A stretch of 64,000 nucleotides of DNA from Ylistrum balloti. Lineage: Eukaryota. The notes under the pieces are model-generated. The model was not told where the DNA came from, searched no databases, and saw only the letters and a program-made list of their open reading frames with translations. Position 1 is the stretch's first letter, and the number at the start of each line of letters is the position of its first letter. The position numbers were made by a program, and so were the translations under genes. Below are positions 1 through 13,400 of this stretch, in pieces. The stretch is from contig NW_026782188.1 in assembly GCF_031769215.1 (NCBI RefSeq), forward strand, positions 1,240,001-1,304,000, written 5' to 3'.

Positions 1-849
1 TGAAAATCCTGGTGATTTTAGTTGATAAAAACAATTATGATTTCTATCAATTGTTCACTACTTCTATCTAAATTATGCCTTCATTTGGCGATCATACGAC
101 GTTGCACGTCCATTGCATGCCATTCGTAAGGACTATATATTACTACAATAGATGTTTGCATAGTGCAACCAGGTCTTGTCACTGACTGGGAAAATTCAAA
201 ATAGCCGACATCGTACAGGTCGGAAAGTTCATCCGTTCTAAAAGTTTTGTGCAGCTTAAAATTTTTTGCGCGTATCACGATGGACGGATGATTGATGGAC
301 AGAGAGTATAAAACACGTATGCAACAAGTACACAACGGATGCATAGCGTTTTCCAACGGAGAGCACGATTTTTTTATGTTATGTTTTACATCCTCTTTGC
401 ATCCGCAAGTGCAGTGGGGCCGGGCCTTTAAGGATACGATGTACATCCGCAACATATACGAGCTACAGACGTTCTATATCCGTTATCATCCATTAAACGC
501 CCGCTGTATCCTCTCTGCATCCTCTGGGCATCCTCGTAACTCACATCCGCTGCAGCTGAAAAAAGGAAAGAGAGGGGAAAGATAAGGTAAATGGAACGTC
601 TATACATCGTTAGTAGCACGGAAATAGAAAAGATGTAAGCGTATGCATCTCGTATATAGTGTATATAAGTATTCAAAACGGACAAAGAGTTTGTATCTGG
701 GACGTATCTCGTATAATTAGGATGTCTGTAGTATATCTAGAGTATGTAGATGGACACTTAGCGGACAACTGATATTTTGTATAAAAAGGGGGAGAAAATC
801 ATCTGGATCTCAATATGAGTCGAGCTGCCGAGGCGTACAGACCTTATCA

Positions 850-1970
850 CCCTTGGTCTTCAACATCATCAGTTGTTCTCAACCATGGAGCCTGGGGTGG
901 AGGAGCAGACCTGGACAGAGTGACACGAGCTTCAGTTGGGCCTTAAGGGTTATGGAGAAGTGCTGCAATCGTCTGCTTCATCACCTGGTACTTGGCTTCG
1001 GGCAGGTCCATCGGGGTCTGGCTCACGTAGGTGATGAAGGGCTTTCAGGCCGAGGATGCCCTGTCCAAATCGACCAGCTGAGAGAGAAGCTCTGGGCTTG
1101 TCTTCATTGTATCCCTTGTCTCCAACAGTACACTGTCGTCCTCTGGAGCTGGTTCCTTCAATTGTGAGAGCAGGGTGTCATCCTCCATCGGGATCCTCAA
1201 AGTTTGGCACCACGGAGAGTGCAGCTGTCGAGGGGGTGTCTGCTGTGGGGCTCTCTGAAAAAAACCTGTCTGGCCAGGGTAAGTGGCTCCTGGCTTGAAG
1301 ATGCTTGGCTCTCTGTGGGCTGGCTGAGGAAGAGGGGTTTCAACGGGGTTGATCCTCGGTGTCGGATCTCACCCTCCAGGAATGTGCACTTGGCCATAAC
1401 GTACTTCTCCCGGTCAGTGAGCTTGACGGCGGTCTGCCCGGAATTCTTGAGGTGTAGCTTCCCATACCAAGAGTGCATGTGATTCCACCATCCAAGGAGT
1501 AATTTATGTAGTGTACCTCAGGCTCTCTGCCTTGTCTCTCCAAGCGGCCTGCTTCTTCTTTGTGTCATGGTTCAGCCTGTGACCCTTTCTCCAGAGATAC
1601 TCGTTCTCTCTCTGCCATTCCAACACATCGTCCTCATGCTACACGGAAACGGTGTACTGTGTCCTCTCTATCTTCTTCTTTCCTTGCCTCTTCCTCCCTC
1701 CGGCTGGAGCTTCTTCAGGGACTTCAGCAGGGCCTTCATGGGACTGAGCACCAGGACCTTCCGGACCTTGTTCTGGGCCTGCAGGGGATTGAGCATCAAG
1801 GCCTTCAGCAGCATGCTTCTGAGGGGCTTGATAGCCTTGGGGCTGGTCTACACAGTAGCAGCTTCACCATCAGAGTCAGGGTGTGGAGTGCTGGTTCTGG
1901 CCTTCTTCACATTTTCCGGGCTTGAACGAGTAGGCCTGGACTTACTCTTCTTGCCTGACTGACGCACCAT
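850..1970 (-). pseudogene. Decayed intronless MADF (Myb/SANT-like) gene with a BESS-like C-terminal segment, probably the accessory gene of a PIF/Harbinger transposon
   Basis: Manual minus-strand translation from ATG at 1970 across frames gives MVRQSGKKSKSR..., HEDDVLEWQRENEYLWRKGHRLNHDTKKKQAAWRDKAESL, then after a frameshift LLGWWNHMHSWYGKLHLKNSGQTAVKLTDREKYVMAKCTFL (ORF 1197..1478). This has MADF-type Trp spacing. Further on, FITYVSQTPMDLPEAKYQVMKQTIAALLH resembles BESS. It contains in-frame stops and frameshifts and forms a GC-rich island in AT-rich DNA. Confidence 0.7.
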
Positions 1971-2089
1971 GGCGTTGATACAAGGTGTAATAGAGATACA
2001 TATAAATGTACAGCCTTCTTCAATAATTATTGGATCCCAACTTACACAATTACATATTGGGAAAGCAAACTCTGCTGAAACAAACTCCA

Positions 2090-2815
2090 CCCAGACTGAG
2101 TACTGAGTGCTGTGCAGTATTCAAAAGTGTATAAATATTAAGACAGACTGTGTAGTATTGGGGCAGGCTATGTTAACACAAACTCAATGTGAGTATTGGG
2201 TAGTTTTGGGGCAGACAATGTTAACAGACTCAGTGTGAGCATTGTGCACGGAGAAGACTATGTTAATACACAGGCTCTGTGTGAGTACTGTCTCGTTTCG
2301 GGCAGAGTACTGTGTACTATGGGACAGATTCCGTTAATACACAGGCTCCTTGTGAGTACCGTACAGTATGGGGCAGAGTAGTGTGTACTATGGGACATAT
2401 TCCTTTGGTACACAGGCGCCGTGTGAGTATCGTACAGTATGGGGCAGAGTAGTGTATACTATGGGACAGATTCCGTTGGTACACAGGCTCTGTGTCGGTA
2501 CCGTACAGTATGGGGCGGAGTGCTGTATACTATGGGATAGGTTCCGTTAATACACAGGCGCCATATGAGTACCGTGCAGTATCGGGCAGAGTAGTGTATA
2601 CTATGGGACAGATTCCGTTGGTACACAGGCTCTGTGTGGGTACCGTATAGTATGGGGCAGAGTGCTGTATACTATGGGATAGGTTCCGTTAATACACAGG
2701 CGCCATATGAGTACCGTGCAGTATCGGGCAGAGTAGTGTATACTATGGGACAGATTCCGTTGGTACACAGGCGCCGTGTGAGTACCGTACAGTATGGGAC
2801 AGAGTACTGTATAAT
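2090..2815. repeat. 71-bp minisatellite, degenerate at the left end
   Basis: The GGGA anchor of the unit (tactatgggacagattccg...) recurs at 2321, 2392, 2463, 2534 and 2605, a 71-bp spacing. Confidence 0.95.
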
Positions 2816-3964
2816 ATGTAGGAAACGAACTTTATACCCTCCCAAGTGATTTTTTGATACAGAAGAGGCGAACTGCGTGTAGACTCTTTGTGTGGACGGG
2901 ATTGTTCTGTTTGACCATGTAAGACGAAGTATTGCTTTCTATTATAGTGTTTTCGTCAGCATTTGACCTTGGCATTGTTTCTTAAAGTTCACATAGAAAA
3001 ATGATACATGTACATACATTATATGTATATCAATTTACTAGATATGAAATAGGTGGCAGATGTTATCCATTACATTCCTGACTGTGTGATGTTGTCAGTG
3101 TACAACATACTTCCTAACAACTTCAGAACCCTATATAGATACAAATCAAGCGTGAAATGTATATAAAGATCAACCCCACATATCGAGGGATGTAATTTAA
3201 TTACTACATCGCGAGACTGGTAATTGCATAAATTGTATACAGTGTTTTTGATAGAACAGTTATGTCTTGCTTCTATATTTGATATATTAAATGTAATAAA
3301 GGAACGATAAGAAATGAAATAATTACATATACATAAAACACGAGATCAGGCTGATTACGACAGCTTGATGTTATAAAACATTAGGAAATGATTCACGTGA
3401 ACACTTGTGTATTTTAAAGAGTTTGTAATTGACCGAAATCTGTATTTGTACTAGTTATTTAATTTGGCATTTTATGACTTGGATGCTCTAGAGGAATCGA
3501 ACATAAACTATTACACTAAAAACGATTGTTTAACTGCCTTTGTTCATTAACATTGTCTCTGCTTTACTCGAAGACTTATTACCTCCCTTAATTTAATCAT
3601 GACATGACCGAAGGTATCCGTGTCCCTTTATAGGTTTAGTGATCGTGCGTTCCTAGCTGACGATATTTACAATGCGAGGTCTCACTTGGGATCCTGTGAT
3701 TGATACCATGATACGTGAAATAAGTATATCATATACATGTGTGTGATATGCTTTAAAAAAAACAAAAAACAAAAGTCGTACAAGGATTTGAACATATATT
3801 TTCTGTAGTCTGTCCAAGATGCTCTACTGCAGAGAAAGGACACTTTCTATAAACATAAGGTATACCTAGATAAATAGACAGTTATACTCTTGTAAATGGA
3901 CATCAGTCGTTCGTGTTCATCATAATTATACGTGGTTAAGTAAAAAATAATGGGTTATTAATGG

Positions 3965-4410
3965 CACTGAAATATACACAAACACATGTCTAAGTCTTAT
4001 GGGAACACACTCTACACACTGAAATAGATACAAACACATGTGTAAGTCTTATGGGAACACACTCTACACACTAAAATAGATACAAACACATGCCAAAGTC
4101 TTACGGGAACACACTCTACACACTGAAATAGATTCAGACACATGTCAAAGTCTTATGGGAACACACTCTACACACTGAAATAGATACAAACACATGTCAA
4201 AGTCTTATGGGAACACACTCTACACACTGAAATAGATTCAGACACATGCCAAAGTCTTATGAGAACACACTCTACACACTGAAATAGATACAAACACATG
4301 TCAAAGTCTTATGAGAACACACTCTACACATTGAAATAGATACAGACACATGGGGAAGTCTGATGGGAACACACTCTACACACTGAAATAGATACAAACA
4401 CATGTCAAAG
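3965..4410. repeat. 52-bp minisatellite, about 8 copies
   Basis: Unit catgtcaaagtcttatgggaacacactctacacactgaaatagatacaaaca; anchors at 4141 and 4193. Confidence 0.95.
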
Positions 4411-5265
4411 TTTGAAAATAGTTTTATTAGAATGAAAAGGTTTACCATGATATCACCATTTACCGTAATCTAATCTTACGGATCTCCAGAAATGTGTGTG
4501 GAAACCTGTAGACAAAAGGTCTGCCATTATAACTAATAACGATAACCTAACTCATTCAGCAGTGGAATTAGGATGTATGTTTTCGTTGATTCAAGTAGGT
4601 CAAGCAATTTTTTTCCAATAAATATGACCACCTCAAAACCTTCCCGGGCTTGTACTGTCCAGCATAGAGTACCTACTGTAATGGAGAAGCTATAAGCCAA
4701 TTAGGAATATAAGTCTCATTTCGTGTAGAGTTATGGTGTACATTACGTTCATGTCCTTCCAAAGAATACACAGATTCACTCTCAGTGGCGATCGTGTTTT
4801 TGAATGTCAAGCTGTTATACAGACGGATATAATCTGGTTTCAAAATATAGTATATGTATTAGGGTTTGTATCGATTATTGAAGAAGTCCAGGAAAGCAAA
4901 AGGATGTTTTCCCGATGGTTTTTTTTTGTAAAATGAGTGTAGTAAACCATAATTTTACAGTAGCCTTTGCCCTTCCTTATACAATATTGTGTATGCCAGG
5001 GAAAAGTTGATACTAGCGTATTATTACTGAATGAAACATGAGTATAAACATCCTGATGATCGATAAAGGAGATCTTTATCCTGCTTGAAACGAACGGCTA
5101 CATGTGTTATAGACAAAGGAAAGGATTTTTACGTATTGTTGAACATTTCTGTCTTTATTAACTGTATAAGTGGTGTTTACTTTAGGCGGTATGATACAAA
5201 TGGATATTGATTAAGTACAATATATCAAAATGAAACATAGGTGTAAATTGTTGGTTGTCATGCTT

Positions 5266-5420
5266 AACGGATGTGAACAAAGTCTAGGGTCATTCAACTG
5301 ACCAAGGGGGTTTTCTCCTGTGACCCACTCTTCCCATAGAAATTAATCTCCTACGCTTCCGCCGAACAAACCGTGAGTATAACATGGTTCAATACTGATA
5401 TGAAGTAAATAACTTTGTGT
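5266..5420 (+). mobile_element. Old 5'-truncated copy of the SINE family seen at 51455
   Basis: aacggatgtgaacaaagtctagggtca...gggttttctcctgtg aligns by eye with aacggacgtgaaaaggtaaggggtca...gggttttccccgggt of the 51455 copy. Confidence 0.55.
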
Positions 5421-7477
5421 CCGTTGACCAAGATTTAAAAGACGACGAAGTAGAAGTCGCTTGCTCTTCCGGAACACCTTTTCTTATTATCCAAGAGTCG
5501 TCGTGTAATTGTTTTTTCATAATTTGACCTACTTTCATTCAATTTGAGTTTGGATTATGATTGGCATGACGGCATTTTCTTGTTGTTTATTATCTATGTC
5601 ATTTATTTGTGAAGGACGACAAGGTCAACATCACAGTCGGTGAAGCGAATTCTTTAAGTAATCTGGTGAATCTAATGAAGGAAAACATTGGTTTTATATA
5701 TTCTGCATAGCACACTATCACTCCACTGATAGCGAGAAATAAAACTATCGAAAATGTTGACACGGATTGTTGTTTTTCGTGATAATACAAGTTCACATTT
5801 ATGTATTCTTTGGAAGTATATGCACATAATGTACAACATAACTACACGTAATGACACTTAAATTGGCTCCTAGCTTCTCCATTACTGTAGGTAATCTATG
5901 TTACTCTATTAGGGTAAATGATGCTATCAATGTAAACCTCTTTATTCTTATAAAACTATTTCAGACTTGTATATGTGTTCGTATCTATTTCAGTTATATC
6001 ATCTGTATTTTCAACTCGGCCGTAAACTATTTTGATTCCAAGCAAATCGAAAGCAAGAAGAAGACAATGGAATCAGTGGATAGGTCAGTTACATACCAAC
6101 ACATAAAGAAATATGCCTGAAGACGACAAAACCAATCTATTTCTTAAAGCCTCATTTACAAACGATTAGTTTTAAACTTCGTCTTGGGATGTCTCCATGA
6201 AATTCGATATCACAAAGAATTAAAAGAATGCCACGAAGTCATTTCTTTACCAGTAGTTACATAACAATCCTTGATATCATTTTTATCTCTGTGTCTATCA
6301 TTAGTCATTTGCATATCGCAATCGTTATGGGCACCATGGTGTAGGTGATACGGATATCAATGGAGTCAATATTCGTGTTTCATGTGGAATTTATTCGTCC
6401 ACGACAAGACAATGAGTTGAGAAATAGTCACGCAGACCTAGACAAGGTCATAGAAAAGCCGGACGGCGATGCTTTATACTGTTGTGATACCTGTTTACTG
6501 GGAACTGAAGGGATCCCTCTAATGGCTTTCGGATGAAATGAAACTATCAGATCACTTATGCATTGTGACTTAGTGATATTTTGATTTCTACTAGATTTGT
6601 TTGTTACTAAAGAAGGAAAACCGTAACCCTGTTTACAATGATTACAAATATGAAAATAGAGGAATGTACAAAAGACGCACAAGTGAAGTACAGTATCTAA
6701 TACGTGGAGTCAACACAGTCAAACATCAAACTGCATCATACAGCTGGTTAGTCCTTTTAATTAGAACCTGGTATGAATGTTACGGAAACAGTTCGTGATA
6801 ATCATTCTATGTCTTTTTACCGTTTATTGATATCTCCGATATCAATCAACAAGTGCGTAGTAAAAACCTAAAAATTGAATAAAAAAAGGCAAAGTATAGA
6901 AAAGAGGCGATAGATTATCCCGGAAATTCTTTTTAAAAATGCGAGGAGACACTGACCAAATGGTTCGGAAGGGTAAGCGTCCTTTGTTTTCTCGAATCGG
7001 ATATCATGTATATCTATATACTTACATTTCAGGTGCATATTCTCTGTTTGGCACTACCTACAAGATTGTTGAGACTTATTTCTTCGAGATTGCAGCTGGT
7101 AGACAATGCTGGTGGAGTGTTTGTCCTCAATTCATACGAATATTGGCACGGTTCAAAATATACACATGTACTTGAATATGTTCCACAATCACCAGACATA
7201 TTTAAATGATGTGAGTAGTGCATCTCCCCGTCATGTTAGGTTGCAATAATTTAGGCCCTAAAATTGCTAACGAGTTCTGGAAGTACAAACTAATTGTTTG
7301 ATGAAGTTAAACAGCTGACAGGTATCTAATGGTTCATTTTATTGAAAGATGCTATTCATTTGTATGTCTTTTGTACAATCTTAGACAGATAAAACAATTG
7401 ACAACATGTGACACTATGTATGATAATGTCAAAATATTATTTTAGTGTGTGGCATTGTTACATGAATCGAATCAACA

Positions 7478-7703
7478 TGTTGTAGGGTGCGGTCTCATTC
7501 TAGAGAAATTCTTGTTTCTGGGAGCGATATTATCATTCTTAAGAAGTTTATGTTGTAGGGTGCGGTCTCATTCTAGAGAAAGTTATGTTACTGGGAGCGA
7601 TATTATCATTCTTAAGAAGTTTATGTTGTAGGGTGCGGTCTCATTCTAGAGAAAGTTATGTTACTAGGAGCGATATTATCATTCTTAAGAAGTTTATGTT
7701 GCA
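7478..7703. repeat. 73-bp tandem repeat, 3 copies
   Basis: tgtagggtgcggtctcattctagagaaa recurs at 7481, 7554 and 7627. Confidence 0.95.
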
Positions 7704-9052
7704 GAATGCGTACATGTTACTTGTAAAATGCTTTCCCACAAAGCACTAAATAATTGATGTATTAAGAATCAGCTTGAAAACCGGATACCTGCGAGTGAAA
7801 GACTAGATGATGAAACGTAACTTTTTTTGGGGGGGGGGGGGGATATACTCGTGGATATTCGGTCTCAAATAAATCATCTTTCATACATACTGTGTATTTA
7901 GTCAGTTTGAAAGTTGCTGATTCCATGCCGTTTCGTATTTTAGTTGAGTTGTTCAATCTAGTTTTGTAAAAGGTCAATAGGATTGAAAGCTTGTGTTAGA
8001 ACTGGCGGGTCCTGTCGTTTCCACATGATTGAACAGCGTGATTCTTATTCTTTAAATTAACTATGTTTTGATCTTTGACAGCTGTATTTGACATTGGGCA
8101 CAGGTGATTTGGTATGTCTAGACTGATTAACGCAATATTGTTCGAATATTGCGACCGGCTTCAATTTCTTGGAATCTGAACACTTTCACAGACTAGAATT
8201 CCTAATTATTCTGATAAATAGATGTCGAGAACTGACGCGAAAAACTACCTCCACACAAAACGCTGGTCTTGGAGATACAGCAGTTTCCAATTGGTCTGCT
8301 CGATGTGAGACATGAAGACAGATTTGTTCGAGGTTTGCAAGTATGCGATATTAACCAGGCTCTCAATTTGAGAACATCTTATTCTACTTTGGTGGTAAAG
8401 GTTGTCAGATTTCATGTTTACCGAAGACTGCACAAAGGACACATCTCAAAAGCACCTTTAAATACAAATTTGGAATTAAATACAGTAGAGACAAACAGTG
8501 ATTTGAACTGCATTTATACAATTGTCGGACTCGTCAGTGATGAAAGGAACCTAAAGTTTGAAGCCTAGGAGGCGACTGTGGAAAATCCCAAGTGATCGAG
8601 AGGAAAGTCAAAACCTAGATAGGGACCTGCACTAGCTCAATAAGTCGATCAATTTCGCTTTTTCATTTATCTAAAAATGAATTTCCATTTTGAGAGACAT
8701 GTCATGTCGAGCACATCATATTGCCTAAGCTCCGAATAATGAATTTATTAGACTTACTTTCTTTTTTTAACACTAAAAAAGTGTAAAATGCAAATGTACT
8801 AATTTAAGTGCACAGATATTGATATCGAAAACGTATTTACCATAGAAATATCATAATACTTCATGAATATTTAATATTCCATATAATTGTAGGAAAATCT
8901 GGTCTCATTCGTCTTTTTTGTATTTTGACCTTGTGAATTTGAGCTGAAGATTCTAAATGGCATATCGGTATTTTGTTTGTTTTATCTATTTTTTTAATGA
9001 AATGCGTTATTTCAATAACTTTTCAAAACATTAGATGTTCCAGTCAGCATAA

Positions 9053-9217
9053 NNNNNNNNNNNNNNNNNNNNNNNNNNNNNNNNNNNNNNNNNNNNNNNN
9101 NNNNNNNNNNNNNNNNNNNNNNNNNNNNNNNNNNNNNNNNNNNNNNNNNNNNNNNNNNNNNNNNNNNNNNNNNNNNNNNNNNNNNNNNNNNNNNNNNNNN
9201 NNNNNNNNNNNNNNNNN
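9053..9217. other. Assembly gap (165 N)
   Basis: Run of N. Confidence 1.
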
Positions 9218-10002
9218 ATATTGGTTTGTGTGTCATGTCTTGTCTTTTTATGTATATGATAAAAGAAAAAAGAAAAAAAAAGGAATTTCCAGTTATTAGG
9301 GGATTGTATTGAACACAGCACGTGACATGTATCACCTGTAAATACCCAAAACGGTGTTATACACAGCACTCTCCAAAAACATCAGATATCTCCCACCACT
9401 ATGATATGAATTTTCGACCACACCTTTAAAGTACCCCTTTCCTGGGATCAGTACCTCTTTGTATTCGCTACAGTTTCTACATACATTTATGTACATATCT
9501 ACATTTCTGCCTGGAAAGCTTTCTAATCAGTCACTCAAATAGAAGTGGATGGTGAACACGACCCCGACACCGCAATACTATAGCAGAAGGACCGATGACC
9601 AGATGTACCACTTAAACCCACTTACGATATTGTGAAATTGTGACGATCATTTCAGTTAGTAATAGTGTATAATTAACGCTTTAATACTTTTTGTATTTAT
9701 GATTATCTAAATGGAGTGTTTCGCAGACAAATGAACCAGAATAGAAGAGGTCTGTATGCTATGTTTGCCCTGTATAAGGTATTTCGAACATTGAGACTCT
9801 ATTTGGTGTACTGTGCAGTGACAATAATCGAGCGAAATTTTATTTTGCTATGTAAGCGATCATTAAATCAACTTATAACGGTGGAACAAAACGTCAGAAA
9901 TCTGTGTTAAATTTTAGTTAAAGTCAGTGTAGAAAGAGACATAGCGCTGAACTATGCCAGAGGACCTATTTCAACTCCTTGCCTAAATCGATCTGAATAC
10001 AA

Positions 10003-10415
10003 TGTACGTGCAATCGGTGTTACGGCCTCTAAATGTCGAACATGTACAATCCTTATCACAGCGTCTAAATGTCGAACATGTACAATCGGTGTCACAGCGT
10101 CTAAATGTCAAACACGCGCAATCGGTGTCACAGCGTCTTAATGTCGAACATGTACAATCCTTATCACAGCGTCTTAATGTCGAACATGCTCAATCGGTGT
10201 CACAGCGTCTAAATGTCGAACATGCACAATCCTTATCACAGCGTCTAAATGTCGAACATGTGCAATCGGAGTCACAGCGTCTTAATGTCGAACATGTGCA
10301 ATCGGAGTCACAGCGTCTGAATGTCGAACATGTGCAATCGGAGTCACAGCGTCTAAATGTCAAACATGCGCAATCAGTTTCGCAGCGTTTAATGTCGAAC
10401 ATGCGCAACCGGTTT
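10003..10415. repeat. 36-bp minisatellite, about 11 copies
   Basis: Unit tcacagcgtctaaatgtcgaacatgtgcaatcggtg; it produces the 12-aa periodic ORF 10002..10460. Confidence 0.95.
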
Positions 10416-13400
10416 CACAGCCTCTATATGTCGGACTATTACCACATATGTCGCTCGTAATATTACGATTAAAGCTGAGAAATGAGAAAAGATAAAACGA
10501 AATGTATTTAATGGCCGAATCACCGTTTAACAGTTTGATATGGTGCTTTATGACCATAAAGATACAATGAGTGTTGACTCTTTGTCAATACTATTATTAT
10601 TAGAGACATTGTAGAGTTCCAATCAGTAGTCCTTGCGACGCATAGATACAACAATATCTGCATGTTATACTGGGTTAAATCGATAAAAATCATAATGAAA
10701 AAAAAATATAACATGTATCCTGATGTCACTGACCGCACTTTTAACCTTGATTTAGAAATCCACATCTTAATCGTTAATTCAAGTTGGAATGCATTAGCTA
10801 TAAAAGTTTAGATCCAATTTAATTCTCGGTATCAGCGCTCATTTTCACCAATTTTCAACAACAGAATTCAGTTTAAGTTGAATATACCGGATTATATTCT
10901 GCTTACTAAAGATGGCACATTTGTACACGTTGTACTAAAATAGGATTTTAAATCCTAAAAGCGTTCAAGGAAGCAATGCTGCTGATCTGTGGGAAAATAT
11001 GAGACATATCAAAGGGATTTTTCATTAGCATTTAGTAGTGATTAATTGAAATTGCCTGCCACATCTTGCCGAAATAAAATCTTGTATTTCAGTGTTAAGG
11101 TACAATTAGATCGCACCATACCATAAGTAAATGAAAGTTGGGTATTGCCTTAATGTAGAAATAGAAATATTGTCCAGGAAGTTCAGAGTTTATGGCTCCA
11201 TTACTTTTCATTCTTGTGGTGGTGTTAAGGACATTACCTCGTAGTCATGGTTACAATCCCATTATGGCGTAAGAGCATAGTATTAAGATTTCTCAAGAAG
11301 AATTAACATCGTTACCAGTGATACAGGGTATCAGAAAATAATGTTGTAATTAAATTATATTTAAATATGGTTTCACAAACGTATCCTCTTTTTAGACCTG
11401 AATATCGGACAAATTCTGTCCCAGATAGAAGACATCAGCTATTATAAGAACGGGTTTAATTTCGATGAACATTTATTACAATAAATGATAATTGAGTGAC
11501 TCTACCATGCATACTTGTTGCCTCTGTACATTTCGTATTGTTCAATGTTCTTCCTGTGATGACAATATACACGAGAAGGCAGTTACAAGTCAGGTTTAGT
11601 TCATTCGAATAATGGTACCGTCCTTTCGAAATCATCCATTATAGAAAATCATCAAATGTTGAAATTATTTCTTTGCTATGTTTTGTTCACTCCTCGGTTT
11701 CAACACAGACCTTTAACATTATTGACGAATCCTAGTAGGACAATGCAGTTTCATTATTGGTATTTTTTTTTCTAATCCTAAATTTTTGTAAGGTGCTACA
11801 GACTCAAGCCTAGGAAGCGACTGAGCCCAATAAAAACGGACGGAATTCAATGCCATATGGGGAGGTGCAAAAACCCCTAAACCCAATACATCTCATTATT
11901 TACGTTACTGAATTATTTCAAAATGACGTTAAGTACATGTGTATATTCCGGACCAAACGAATTACAATGTGGCAGTAGGTATATAACCGCTATATAACTA
12001 ACATACTGACCTTACCTTCTATATATTAGGTATTTTATATGTCTAATGTTCCGATGCGGGTAGACTGATAGTTAAAGTATATATTGTTAGGACATGAAGA
12101 TGGTTGACTTACATATTTTTACGTATATAAGTGTTCGGATATTCAGCATTGGATTAAACAGCTATATGACCCATTAATTCATTATTTTATGTTGCATTCA
12201 ATTAATTTTTATTAAGAATACTATTCAAGTGTACATCTTAATGTCCAATCCTTTGATATTACAGGTATATACTTTGCTGGATGAGGTTTCCCGTAACCCG
12301 TCGTGTCATGGTTCTATCATGCATGTGTGAATAGCGGTAAGACTCACATTATACACTTACACCGTACTTTTTAATAATATTAAAATATTGAAAAATACTA
12401 AAATGTTTGGTATTACTGGTATTTCGTTCACCTCCATATAATGATGATTTATTGGTCAATTTACCGACTCAATAATCTGGTATCTACATATTCAATGTCG
12501 TGTCTATTAGAGTATATAAACGCTGTAATGAAGGATCTTCTTAATTGTCAACATATTGAAATGAAAATAAATTAATAAAGATGTTGGACAACTTATGTTA
12601 AGATATATAACATTCACTAGTATCGCTACATGACGTCAGTCTTTGAGTCAGTTTCTGACTATATTTGATGTTTATTTGATTCATTCCTAAACAGTCAGGA
12701 CCCTGTGAGGTAAAGCTGCATGCTTAGCTGTCATGAATCGTTCAAATATGTCATTCGATACGTTACGTTAACAACCAAAACATCGCTACTCGCGGAGATT
12801 TCACAATTTTACTCGGTCGAATATTGATGGAATGAAACCCTAACGGATGTTATGGTGGCAGTACTGTTCGACTATGACCATATTGCTGTTTCAATATACC
12901 GAGAACACACGTGCTCCATACCATGTTTCTAACAGATTACTTTTCTATCAATATCGAAGTATTAGTTTCTTAAAAAAAACATATAGAATGGCGCTTAATT
13001 GGTTCAACGTGATTACCTGAACACAGCAATCTGTACACTTAAAATGAATTACTAAATATAGAGCGATCCGATTTATCTGTATCATCTTAATCAATCGTTT
13101 TCTCAGCTGTGCACGATGGCAATATTCTTTAAGGCATCAAAATCGCTTTTGCAAAGAAAAATAAAACGGAATTGTTCCTTTAAATACTTACCGTGATTAA
13201 AACCATATTTCAACTAAGACTAACGTAAATTAAATGTCTATATCCACACCAGACGGTGCTATATTTGTAATGTTTTTTAATATTTTCATCAAGAAGTCCT
13301 GCTTGTTGTAATCATTTCATCGGACAGACTTTTCTTCTCTCGATATTCTAAGGTGATTTGCAGTTTGAGATTTTAGTCTATAGAGTTTGGAGTGTTATGA

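Noticed and set aside
1560-1962. Plus-strand ORFs that look hydrophobic or membrane-like
   Set aside because: They are antisense shadows of the GC-rich MADF pseudogene.
5053-5100. CTGATGA-stem-GAAAC resembling a hammerhead ribozyme
   Set aside because: The 7-bp stem is offset from the core by unpaired bases on both sides, and stems I and III cannot be formed.
8973-9369. ORFs spanning the N run
   Set aside because: They are artefacts of the assembly gap.
10002-10460. 152-aa repetitive ORF and antisense Cys-rich ORF
   Set aside because: Both are translations of the 36-bp minisatellite, with no splice or domain support.
10900-13300. Several exon-like AG...GT segments (e.g. 11178, 11396, 12265, 12694)
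   Set aside because: They could not be joined into a consistent frame, and the 12265 segment has stops in all three frames.
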